Origin: Arthrobacter sp. KN11-1C
GTDB lineage: Bacteria; Actinomycetota; Actinomycetes; Actinomycetales; Micrococcaceae
DNA: 24,000 nt
Reading direction: 5' to 3'
Assembly: GCF_052180225.1 (NCBI RefSeq)
Contig: NZ_CP197467.1
Location: 4,030,793-4,054,792, forward strand
This document shows positions 8,729 to 15,998 of this stretch, in pieces (within the stretch, counting starts at the first letter, position 1; each line of letters starts with the position of its first letter). The translations under genes were made by a program, and so were the position numbers. Below the pieces are notes generated by a model, which had not been told where the DNA came from, did no database searches, and worked only from the letters and a program-made list of their open reading frames with translations.

Positions 8729-9972
8729 ACTGCACCTACTCGTGCGCGCGTGTCCAGAGCACTGACGCCCGATGAGGGCTGCGCTGGTGGCAGAAGGTCC
8801 GGGCCAAGCACGAACCCGTCGCGGTCGAAGATGCCGAGAACCTGAGGGGTGGTGGCCACGCCACCGATGACCGCAACGAAGCAACGGCTCACAAAGACCT
8901 GAGATCGGAAGGCATAAACCACGGTGTCCCCCACGGAAACCTCGCCGGGCCCCGTCACGTGCAGCGTGCCGTAATAGTCAATTGCGTCCGGGGGGTCGAG
9001 CTCAACAGTGGCACTGACAGGTTCACCTCCGGACTTCGGGTAAATTACGGCATTCCTGGCCTTGGACCGGGGGTAGAATCCGCCACCGAGTGCGTAGGTC
9101 GCTTCGGCCGTTTGGTGGGTGATTTCACTGACATAGATCATTGCCGGCAGTTCCGGCTGGTCGGATACGGCGTGGAGGGGTGTCTGCCCGGTCAAGCAGC
9201 TGCCGGGCTCCACATGCGTAGCACCGTTCCTGGCCAACACTTCGAAGGTCGCCAGGCAGGATGCACTCGGGGCGTTTATTGCCTGCACATCAGTGAATCC
9301 ATTCGCCCGCAGCAGCTCGGCCGCGCGAGTCACCGTCGTCAGGTTCGGTGTTGGCCGGAACTCCTGATCGGTTTCATCCCACAGCAGGCAGGGAAAGGAC
9401 GTCACACCGGCCACCCGTACGCCATCAAGAGCATCCACCGCTGCGGCCGCTTCCAGCAGGTCCTCAATAGGAACGCCGCCCTTCTGCGCCGGATAGTAGA
9501 CATCCCCCTCTCGGGAAACCCTTATCTGCACGGGCTGAACCGTCCCCGCGGCGACGGCAGCACGGGAAATAGCCTCCGCCTGCGGCACTCCGAAAACCGT
9601 GATGAACTCCGGGGCCATCTCCACGGCAAGCTGTGCTTCGCGCGCCGGGACCTGGACCAGGTGCCCGAGGTGCCCCATGCGCAGTCCGGACTTATACAGG
9701 ACCCGGGCCTCTTCGAAGTCAACGGCAACGACACCGCCAATGCCAGCCTCCGCTATTGCCTTGGCAACGATGGGATTCCGCCCGAACTGCTTTGTCATCT
9801 GGTACGTCTTTAGGCCATGCGCGGCTGCGCCTTCGGCGACCAGACGCGCATTCGCAGCGACCGTATCGACATCAATGACATAGCAGTTTGCCGGGATGTC
9901 ACCCCGCTGATGCAGCTTCACGGCGGCCTCTATCAGTGCAGGGTTCCGCCGCATGGTCACATCTAAAAACAT
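8725..9972 (-). CDS. YhfX-like alanine-racemase-fold (fold-type III) PLP enzyme
   Basis: 415 aa. The N-terminus is MFLDVTMRRNPALIEAAVKLHQRGDIP...VIDVDTV..NA. YQMTKQFGRNP is the likely PLP lysine, followed by VVAVDFEEAR and GHLGHLVQVP. This is a TIM-barrel N-terminal domain plus a beta C-terminal domain, as in the YhfX family as I recall it. GAGGAGG lies 7 nt before the ATG at 9972. Confidence 0.75.
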   Translation of the reverse strand: MFLDVTMRRNPALIEAAVKLHQRGDIPANCYVIDVDTVAANARLVAEGAAAHGLKTYQMTKQFGRNPIVAKAIAEAGIGGVVAVDFEEARVLYKSGLRMGHLGHLVQVPAREAQLAVEMAPEFITVFGVPQAEAISRAAVAAGTVQPVQIRVSREGDVYYPAQKGGVPIEDLLEAAAAVDALDGVRVAGVTSFPCLLWDETDQEFRPTPNLTTVTRAAELLRANGFTDVQAINAPSASCLATFEVLARNGATHVEPGSCLTGQTPLHAVSDQPELPAMIYVSEITHQTAEATYALGGGFYPRSKARNAVIYPKSGGEPVSATVELDPPDAIDYYGTLHVTGPGEVSVGDTVVYAFRSQVFVSRCFVAVIGGVATTPQVLGIFDRDGFVLGPDLLPPAQPSSGVSALDTRARVGAV

Positions 9973-11183
9973 TGAATTTCCTCCTCGAATGAAGTTCCTG
10001 AACCCAGAGGGGCGACGCCCAGAAGCGTCGCAGCGGTCGCCCCAATATCTGCTGATGTTCGTCGGGTGCCCAGATCCACGGATTGAACCCTGGAACCGGC
10101 CACAAGCAATGGCACAAACTCACGGGTATGCCTGCTGCTGCCGACGGACGGATCGTTCCCGTGGTCCGCGGTAATGAACAGCACGTCCTCGTCGCCGAGC
10201 AGGTCGAGGAGAAGTGCCAAGTGCCTGTCCACCCTTTCCAGCACCTCGGCATAGCGATGCGCGTCCTGCTCGTGGCCGGCCAGGTCGGTTTCCTGAATAT
10301 TGGCCACGATCAACCCGGATTTCATCGACGCCAATGCCGAACAGGCCCCCGCCATGACTGCCGATGTATCGACGACATTGTCACTGACCGCGCCGTCGCA
10401 GCGGACTACGTCAGCCGCTTTCCCCAGGAGGACAACCTCGTGCCCGGCGTTCAGCGCCCGCGTAGGCAACTGCTCGTTCACGTCGAATTCGATGCCTAGA
10501 TGACGAACTTGGTAGTGCTCGTTGTAGACCCCCAGCTCCGGAGAATCCACACCGACTTGTCCCGGGGATTTCTCTTTAACGTGGGCCCGGATCTCGTCAA
10601 TACCGAACCCGCGGCTGGCGACGACGATGATCCGGCCAACCGGTGTCACTGTCCGGACAATCTGCCCGATGCTGGTGAGTTCGTCAAAGGACTTATCGTC
10701 CAGTGAGCCGGTCACGTTGATGTTGAGTCCGGAAGCGGCCTCGATGTTGTCGGCGACCAGAACGCATCCGTCGACGACTAGCGCAGGGCTGTCCATCTCC
10801 AATGCGTCGACTTCGTATCCGGCGCTGACAAGCGCCTCAGTCACCGGGACCTTAAGTTCGGAGAGCAGCCTCGACTCAATGCGATCGAGACCGCCGCCCA
10901 TAAGTTCCTGATGGCCCAGATAGGTGTCCGCCCCGGGGTGAATCGGCGAACAGCGTCCATAGGCACCTTTGGCCACCGGCGCAGGAGCTATCTTCGACAG
11001 CGGCGTCAGATTTCCCAGTCCCAGGGATTCGAGAATCGGCAACTGCAGGTCCCCTGCAGTTTCGTCGATGCTACGGAGCGTGTTGAAATTTGGCTGTTGA
11101 CCTTCCGAGTCGGGGAGTGCCCCGACTCCGAACCCGTCCAGGACGAGGATAACGACGCGCCGTTGCGGGGGGAACCGCATCAT
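9963..11183 (-). CDS. YhfW-like phosphopentomutase-family (alkaline-phosphatase superfamily) metalloenzyme
   Basis: 406 aa. The metal-site motifs are VILVLDGFGVG (N-terminal Asp), NIQETDLAGHEQD and FITADHGNDP, as in DeoB/phosphopentomutase-like mutases. GAGGAGGA lies 7 nt before ATG 11183. Confidence 0.8.
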   Translation of the reverse strand: MMRFPPQRRVVILVLDGFGVGALPDSEGQQPNFNTLRSIDETAGDLQLPILESLGLGNLTPLSKIAPAPVAKGAYGRCSPIHPGADTYLGHQELMGGGLDRIESRLLSELKVPVTEALVSAGYEVDALEMDSPALVVDGCVLVADNIEAASGLNINVTGSLDDKSFDELTSIGQIVRTVTPVGRIIVVASRGFGIDEIRAHVKEKSPGQVGVDSPELGVYNEHYQVRHLGIEFDVNEQLPTRALNAGHEVVLLGKAADVVRCDGAVSDNVVDTSAVMAGACSALASMKSGLIVANIQETDLAGHEQDAHRYAEVLERVDRHLALLLDLLGDEDVLFITADHGNDPSVGSSRHTREFVPLLVAGSRVQSVDLGTRRTSADIGATAATLLGVAPLGSGTSFEEEIQCF

Positions 11184-11186
11184 CCG

Positions 11187-11594
11187 CTAGTCCTCCTCTA
11201 GAAGCGCACACAAGTGAACCGTTATGTAGGAGATTTCCGACTCTGGCACGGACCGTCCCAGCTCATCCTCGAAACTGTGCATGATCCCCCCGATCACTGT
11301 CTTTTCCCGGTCTCGACCGGTGATTTCCGATTCGACGGCCTCCGATGCCTCCGCTTCCGGCTCACCGCGCTGCAGGCGGGTCAGAGCGATGACAAGGTGT
11401 GTCACGAAGGGAGCCGCATTCTCCTCCGTCAATTCCAGAGAGAATTGCCTGGTAATTTCAAGGAGGGCAGTCTCGGCCAGCTTCCGTGCCACGGGGCTCG
11501 CCATTCCCGAATCTTCCAGAAGGTCCAGACGTTCGCGAAAGGGCTCCCGGACATCGGCGGGCGCCGTGTCATGCGGCTGGGTTGTGCCCGTCAC
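11187..11594 (-). CDS. YhfY-like PRD-only protein (single PTS regulation domain, no output domain)
   Basis: 135 aa. The two PRD histidine contexts are FVTHLVIALTRLQRGE (H66) and EISYITVHLCALL (H127). The GTG start overlaps the YhfU-like stop (GTGA at 11591-11594). Confidence 0.7.
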   Translation of the reverse strand: MTGTTQPHDTAPADVREPFRERLDLLEDSGMASPVARKLAETALLEITRQFSLELTEENAAPFVTHLVIALTRLQRGEPEAEASEAVESEITGRDREKTVIGGIMHSFEDELGRSVPESEISYITVHLCALLEED

Positions 11595-11992
11595 GATGAT
11601 GCGCCGGCGGTGCGGGACCGGTGGGCCAGGATCTCCCTGACCAGCATCGGAATTGCGACACCCGACTGCTCATAGGCAAACCCGAAAGCCATCCGGCCTT
11701 CGCCCACAAGTTCGGCCACATGCTTTTCGGTAACGGGCATGCCCGGAGTACCTGCGATGCCCACCAGATTGGCACCGAGCGTCGCCGTCGCGGCGGCCAG
11801 CGCGCCGCCGCCCCCGGACCAGCACGTGCCCAGGTAGTAGTCGGCTTGACCGCTCTTCACCAGCCTTGCTCCCTGCATGTCCCCCATTGCGACAGCCTGC
11901 ACTCGGTCACCCCCGGCGTCCTGGGCCATTTTGGCCATGATCTTGGCATCTACTCCGGCAAGGACAATCCGAACCGCTCGATTTTCTATCAC
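11591..11992 (-). CDS. YhfU-like DUF2620 protein
   Basis: 133 aa from GTG 11992 (AAGGAG, 6-nt spacer); the track ORF extends to 12043. The conserved block VKSGQADYYLGTCWSGGGGALAAATATLG ... GRMAFGF ... AIPMLV fits the YhfU/DUF2620 family as I recall it (KSGQ.DYY.G.C..G.G.AL). Confidence 0.7.
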   Translation of the reverse strand: MIENRAVRIVLAGVDAKIMAKMAQDAGGDRVQAVAMGDMQGARLVKSGQADYYLGTCWSGGGGALAAATATLGANLVGIAGTPGMPVTEKHVAELVGEGRMAFGFAYEQSGVAIPMLVREILAHRSRTAGASS

Positions 11993-12056
11993 GAGAAACT
12001 CCTTTGTTATCGCTGCACTGCGTCGGGTTTCCGACAGCCCCAAGCTGGCATGCTTT

Positions 12057-12069
12057 ATAATGTTGTTAC
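12057..12069. promoter_or_regulatory. candidate operator/-10 element ATAATGTTGTTAC in the yhfU-operon / gntR divergent promoter region
   Basis: It matches 1855-1867 in 12 of 13 positions. It overlaps a consensus TATAAT hexamer at 12056-12061 (plus strand, about 57 nt upstream of the gntR ATG). It is followed by a GTTGTTAC-G-TTGTTATTAC direct repeat. Confidence 0.35.
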
Positions 12070-12118
12070 GTTGTTATTACACGTGTGACGCTCAATCGAG
12101 AAGGAAGTGGGAGTCATA

Positions 12119-12877
12119 ATGTCCCGGCCTACGCCCTCGGTCCGCCGTAATGTGCGGATCCCCTACTACGAGCAGGTCAAGCTTCTGATTCTGAAGGAAA
12201 TCGAATCGGGAAACATGCAGCCCGGCGACATGCTCACTTCGGAGGGTGAGATGTGTGAACGCTACGAGGTCTCCCGCACCGTGGTCCGCCAGGCCATCGG
12301 CGAGCTCGTCAACGAGGGCATACTGGTTCGCCAACAGGGCAAGGGCACCTTCATTTCCCGGCCGAAGGTCAGGGAACAGTTCATGCAGAGCACCGTAGGC
12401 TTTTTTGAAGATCTGAGCCTCCGCGGCCACTCCGTACAAAGCAAGGTCATCAGCTGCAAGCTTGTCGGCGCGGAAAACACCGTTGCCGAGGCACTGGAAA
12501 TTGACCCCGGGTCGAAATGCGTGGAAATCACCCGTCTTCGCTACGTCAATGAAGATCTGATCGCTTTTACAAAGTCCTACATCAACAGCGCGGATGCCAA
12601 CATGGTCGACGACCTGATTGCTGCCGACCTTTCCACTAATTCGCTGTACCGGACTCTTGAAGAAAACTGGGGCCTGCGCATTGAGTCCGGCAGGCGCTCC
12701 CTTGAAGTGGTGACGACCAGCGGCGTGCTGCCGGGCATTCTCGAAGTCAAGGCAGGGACCCCGGCGCTCTACATCGAATCGATCGGACGAGACGCTGGCG
12801 GCACCCCTGTCGAGTATTTTCGTGCATGGCATCGGGCCGACCGGACCCGACTGGAAATTGACGTAGTTCGTCGGTAG
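12119..12877 (+). CDS. GntR-family transcriptional regulator, HutC/FrlR-type with a UTRA effector domain
   Basis: 252 aa from ATG 12119 (GGGAG, 5-nt spacer). The winged-HTH is LTSEGEMCERYEVSRTVVRQAIGELVNEGILVRQQGKGTFISRPKV. The C-terminal region of about 150 aa is typical of UTRA domains. Confidence 0.9.
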   Translation: MSRPTPSVRRNVRIPYYEQVKLLILKEIESGNMQPGDMLTSEGEMCERYEVSRTVVRQAIGELVNEGILVRQQGKGTFISRPKVREQFMQSTVGFFEDLSLRGHSVQSKVISCKLVGAENTVAEALEIDPGSKCVEITRLRYVNEDLIAFTKSYINSADANMVDDLIAADLSTNSLYRTLEENWGLRIESGRRSLEVVTTSGVLPGILEVKAGTPALYIESIGRDAGGTPVEYFRAWHRADRTRLEIDVVRR

Positions 12878-13149
12878 CTGCCCCGCCACTTTTACCGGTG
12901 GATTTGGGCCGGCGCCGCGCGAAGATGCCTGTCTTGCAGTCGGGCCACCGCGGAACCTCAGAGATCCACCAGCTGCGCCGCTGCAGCCCCCTGGCTGCGC
13001 CCGCAACTGGCGGCCCGCCCCGACGCCTGCAGGGCGACGGCTTCCATGAGGCGGGCCTGAGGGTCCTTTGATCGCCTCCGGGAGAGACCGCTGTGATGCG
13101 GCGACCTGCGGCGGTGCCGTTGATATCATCATTGATCCTCCTCCTAGTC

Positions 13150-13168
13150 GTAATCATATTATGATGAG
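13150..13168. promoter_or_regulatory. candidate operator GTAATCATATTATGATGAG (contains the perfect palindrome ATCATA-T-TATGAT at 13153-13165) upstream of php
   Basis: It is identical to 15980-15998 in 16 of 19 positions and lies 44 nt upstream of the php ATG. It overlaps a possible -10 (CATATT at 13155-60 or TATTAT at 13157-62) placed 17-19 nt after TTGATC (13132-37). Confidence 0.45.
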
Positions 13169-13211
13169 TCCTGTTGCGGGTCAAGGAATTCTTCAATGGG
13201 AAGGTGTAGCG

Positions 13212-14147
13212 ATGAGTGATTTTGTACGAACGGTGCTAGGTGATGTGAAACCGGAGGAACTGGGCTTGACTCTGGGCCATGAGCATCTCATCACCCGCCC
13301 AGCTGACCGTCTCCTTCACGAGGATCAGGGCAGCGAGGACCTGCTACTCGACGACGAAGACCTTGCGGTGGCAGAATTGGCGAGGTTCCACGAGGCTGGC
13401 GGTGGAGCCCTTGTTGAACTCACAACGAAAGAGTACGGCCGGGACGCCGAAGCACTCGGGCGCATTGCTGCCCGGAGCAAGATCCATATCGTTGCCACAA
13501 CGGGTCACGTCACGCCCTATTTCTGGGCCGGCGTGCTCGACGTGGACTCCATGTCGCGGGAGTGCCTTGTCCAGGAGATGGTGGAGGAACTGACCGTGGG
13601 TATTGGAACCAGCGGAGTAAGGGCCGGCGTCATAAAGGCCGGGAGCTCCAAGGGTGAAATCACGGAGACGGAAGAGCGGGTGCTCCGTGCCGCTGCGGCC
13701 GCTCAGAAGCTGACTGGGGCACCCATCACGACGCATACTACGGCCGGCACCATGGCGACGGCGCAGGCCCGCATATTGTTGGATGCGGGGGCCGACCCGG
13801 AACGTGTCTGCATCGGTCATTTGGACAGGTCCCTCGATTTTGAGGAACAGCGCCACCTTGCCGAGGAAGGCTTCCGTCTCGGCTACGACCAGACGTCCAA
13901 GGACTGGTACGAACCGGACAGCCGGCGGGTCGACTTCATCGTGCGGCTCGTGGAACTCGGACTTGGCGACAGGGTCTGTCTCTCAGGCGACCTGGCTCGG
14001 CGGAGCGCTTTGGTCTCCTGGGGCGGAGGCCCGGGATACACCCATATCCCCCACCGTCTGGTTCCGTGGCTTCGACGAGCCGGCCTGGGACAGGACGCAC
14101 TTACGACGCTGGTCTCGAACCCGGCCAAACTCCTTACCTGGTCCTGA
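13212..14147 (+). CDS. php: phosphotriesterase-homology protein (Php/YhfV; amidohydrolase superfamily)
   Basis: 311 aa from ATG 13212 (GGAAGG upstream). The N-terminal metal motif is LGLTLGHEHL. The remaining amidohydrolase beta-strand-end ligand contexts are VIKAG, ITTHT, IGHLD and LSGD. The track ORF start at 13068 adds a non-homologous extension. Confidence 0.85.
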   Translation: MSDFVRTVLGDVKPEELGLTLGHEHLITRPADRLLHEDQGSEDLLLDDEDLAVAELARFHEAGGGALVELTTKEYGRDAEALGRIAARSKIHIVATTGHVTPYFWAGVLDVDSMSRECLVQEMVEELTVGIGTSGVRAGVIKAGSSKGEITETEERVLRAAAAAQKLTGAPITTHTTAGTMATAQARILLDAGADPERVCIGHLDRSLDFEEQRHLAEEGFRLGYDQTSKDWYEPDSRRVDFIVRLVELGLGDRVCLSGDLARRSALVSWGGGPGYTHIPHRLVPWLRRAGLGQDALTTLVSNPAKLLTWS

Positions 14148-14157
14148 ATCGGGGAAT

Positions 14158-14193
14158 GACCCGACTGCCTGTGCTGGCGGAGGCAGTCGGGTC
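14158..14193. terminator. bidirectional intrinsic-terminator-like hairpin between convergent php and the yhfT-like gene
   Basis: Perfect 12-bp stem GACCCGACTGCC / GGCAGTCGGGTC with a 12-nt loop, starting 11 nt after the php stop. There is no U-tract, which is common in high-GC actinobacteria. Confidence 0.6.
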
Positions 14194-14202
14194 AAGTGAA
14201 GG

Positions 14203-14228
14203 AGAAGCGCTCACTGAAAAGTGCTTCT
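14203..14228. terminator. second, weaker hairpin in the same convergent gap
   Basis: AGAAGCGC / GTGCTTCT, 8 bp including one G-U pair, with a 10-nt loop. It lies 54 nt beyond the yhfT-like stop. Confidence 0.35.
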
Positions 14229-14281
14229 GGAAGCCGCTGTCGCAGCTCCGGATATGCGTCGCCCCTGACTGGGTGTGGTCG

Positions 14282-15664
14282 TCAGAGGGAAACGCCCACG
14301 AGGGCTAGCAGATTGGCAATGATGCCTACGCCAATGGCTGTCACCGCGCCCAGGGCCATCGGCATCACCGGCGCATTGGACCGCTGGTTGATGAACCAGG
14401 CGCCAATGACGGCCGCCACTCCCCAGCCGCCGGCAAATGCTGCTGCGGCCATTGCCCCGCCCGCCAGGAATGCGATTTCCATAACGTGGAAGATCGCGGT
14501 TCGCATGGTGTCCGCAATTTCCCGAACAACGGTGAACCGGTCCAGGTTCTTGAAGAACCACAGGAGGCTGAACACTTCGATGACACGGAAGACGGCCACG
14601 GCGCCGGCAGCAACCCACGGGTTTGGCATCAGCATGGCGATGGATGGTTCCAGGGAGGTTCCTGTAAGGATCCACACGCCGGTCATGACGGCGGTCGTAT
14701 ACTTCATTGGGACGAAGGCCAGGAACCAGGCGGCCGCTGCCAGGGCGGCAGGGATTGCCATTCCGTGAAGATATAGTGAGGCCGAAATCGGGTCGCTGGC
14801 CATGTACCCGAGATTGTACGCCGCCCCTGCCAGCGCATGGATGACAATGATCAGCGGGAGGTTCCGTTTGATGCGTCCGGTATTTTTTCTGAAGAAATCG
14901 TCTTCATCAGGGGCGTTTTGGACCGAACCCGAACCGGCCTCATCCGTGAGCCATTCCGGCGGCACATCGCCGAATTCATTTCCTGGCCGACGTGATTCGC
15001 GCACGACTAGAACCACGAGATAAACGAGTCCCGCCCCGAAGGCCCAGGCCGGTGGATACGGCAGCCCGAGTGTCGCGGCGGCAGCCCACACGGCTGTGGC
15101 CACAATGGCTGAGCAGAGCCCCTGCTTGAGTCCGTAGTGGTAAAAAACTGTGAGAACGGCAAACAGGAAGAATGCTTCAAGGGCCGGCTGGGTGATGAGC
15201 TGAACAGTTCTTGCCATCTCAATAGGTGCGGCAGCCATGAGGTCCGAAGCCAACCGAAGAACGACGGCAACAGCCGCGCTCCACGCTGCTCCCAGAACGA
15301 ATGAGGACAGCACCCCGAAAAGCCCACGCCGCGATTTGTACCAGGCCTCATCGTGAGTCGTCCGCATTGCAACGCCGATGTAGTCGGTTGCAATGAAGAT
15401 CAGGTAGAGCATGGGAATGGCATGGCCGAGCGAGAACGGCAGACCGAACGCCCACAGGAACCCGAGCCCCAGCGTAAAGGACGTGCGTCGGATGGATTTG
15501 GTGTCCACGTTGCCGGCCTTATAGGAGGGCAAGATCGGTCGGAGCCCGTCATGGAATATTGCCACCCCGCGGTTCGCAAGAACTGCGGATAACCCACCCA
15601 TCGCGGCGAAAAGAATGGCTTGTGGCAACAGAGGGACGGGCATAGCTACTTCCGAACCGAACAT
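14282..15664 (-). CDS. YhfT-like polytopic inner-membrane protein (putative transporter)
   Basis: 460 aa, hydrophobic throughout with at least 10 predicted TM stretches and a central charged loop (RESRRPGNEFGDVPPEWLTDEAGSGSVQNAPDEDDFFRKNTGRIKRN). GGAGG lies 6 nt before ATG 15664. The size and architecture match E. coli YhfT as I recall it. Confidence 0.75.
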   Translation of the reverse strand: MFGSEVAMPVPLLPQAILFAAMGGLSAVLANRGVAIFHDGLRPILPSYKAGNVDTKSIRRTSFTLGLGFLWAFGLPFSLGHAIPMLYLIFIATDYIGVAMRTTHDEAWYKSRRGLFGVLSSFVLGAAWSAAVAVVLRLASDLMAAAPIEMARTVQLITQPALEAFFLFAVLTVFYHYGLKQGLCSAIVATAVWAAAATLGLPYPPAWAFGAGLVYLVVLVVRESRRPGNEFGDVPPEWLTDEAGSGSVQNAPDEDDFFRKNTGRIKRNLPLIIVIHALAGAAYNLGYMASDPISASLYLHGMAIPAALAAAAWFLAFVPMKYTTAVMTGVWILTGTSLEPSIAMLMPNPWVAAGAVAVFRVIEVFSLLWFFKNLDRFTVVREIADTMRTAIFHVMEIAFLAGGAMAAAAFAGGWGVAAVIGAWFINQRSNAPVMPMALGAVTAIGVGIIANLLALVGVSL

Positions 15665-15743
15665 TGGGGCCCTCCAAAGGGTGAAGAGTGTGTGTACAAG
15701 AACTAGCGGATTGCGGCTCTACCTGTGGCTTCCGCCGTTTGCG

Positions 15744-15881
15744 TTAAGCTGCGCTCCCGGTTCGCCGTCTTCGCATCGGCTCCAGCAGAGCCCACAGGTG
15801 CACTGCCGGCGCAATTGTTGAACCCACTATGACCAGAGCTGCGTTCAACAGAATTGGTCCAGGTCCTTGTCGCTTTTTCAT
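15744..15881 (-). CDS. possible 45-aa single-TM membrane protein upstream of the yhfT-like gene
   Basis: MKKRQGPGPILLNAALVIVGSTIAPAVHLWALLEPMRRRRTGSAA has a basic N-terminus, one hydrophobic helix of about 22 aa and a basic C-terminus. GGAG lies 4 nt before the ATG. It sits downstream of the predicted promoter at 15986-16013. It is short and has only moderate GC3. Confidence 0.3.
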   Translation of the reverse strand: MKKRQGPGPILLNAALVIVGSTIAPAVHLWALLEPMRRRRTGSAA

Positions 15882-15979
15882 ATTGCTCCATCTCGGAGTG
15901 ACGAAGCGCTTGCCCCAGCCACTAATACAAAGGCCCCGGCGACCGCCGTGGGTCCGTCCGCTTGCGAGCATCCAACTTT

Positions 15980-15998
15980 GTCATCATATTATTATGAC
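15980..15998. promoter_or_regulatory. candidate operator GTCATCATATTATTATGAC (GTCAT-N9-ATGAC)
   Basis: It is identical to 13150-13168 in 16 of 19 positions and overlaps the -10 of the predicted minus-strand promoter. Confidence 0.45.

Noticed and set aside
8729-8884. Upstream extension of the HPr ORF (145-aa version), and similarly 16733-16885 for the histidine phosphatase
   Set aside because: The extensions overlap the preceding genes by more than 150 nt and encode Arg/His/Pro-rich sequence. The shorter starts give canonical protein lengths and coupling overlaps.
8959-9813. 284-aa plus-strand ORF antisense to the YhfX-like gene
   Set aside because: It is a shadow ORF with no motif and no RBS. 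The minus-strand frame carries the alanine-racemase-fold signatures and is coupled to its neighbours.
12092-13132. 346-aa minus-strand ORF spanning gntR and the downstream spacer
   Set aside because: It is an antisense shadow of the well-supported GntR gene, as is typical for high-GC DNA. The product is low-complexity (Ala/Gly/Arg/Pro-rich) with no family signature and no RBS.
13068-13211. Upstream extension of the php ORF (track start 13068)
   Set aside because: The extension would cover the AT-rich promoter/operator region and has no homology to PTE-family N-termini. ATG 13212 has an RBS and starts just before the LGHEHL metal motif.
13212-14147. Calling Php an organophosphate/pesticide-degrading phosphotriesterase
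   Set aside because: The homology-protein branch (E. coli Php type), embedded in a sugar/amino-compound locus, has no established triesterase role. A lactonase or other hydrolase function is more likely, so no xenobiotic claim is made.
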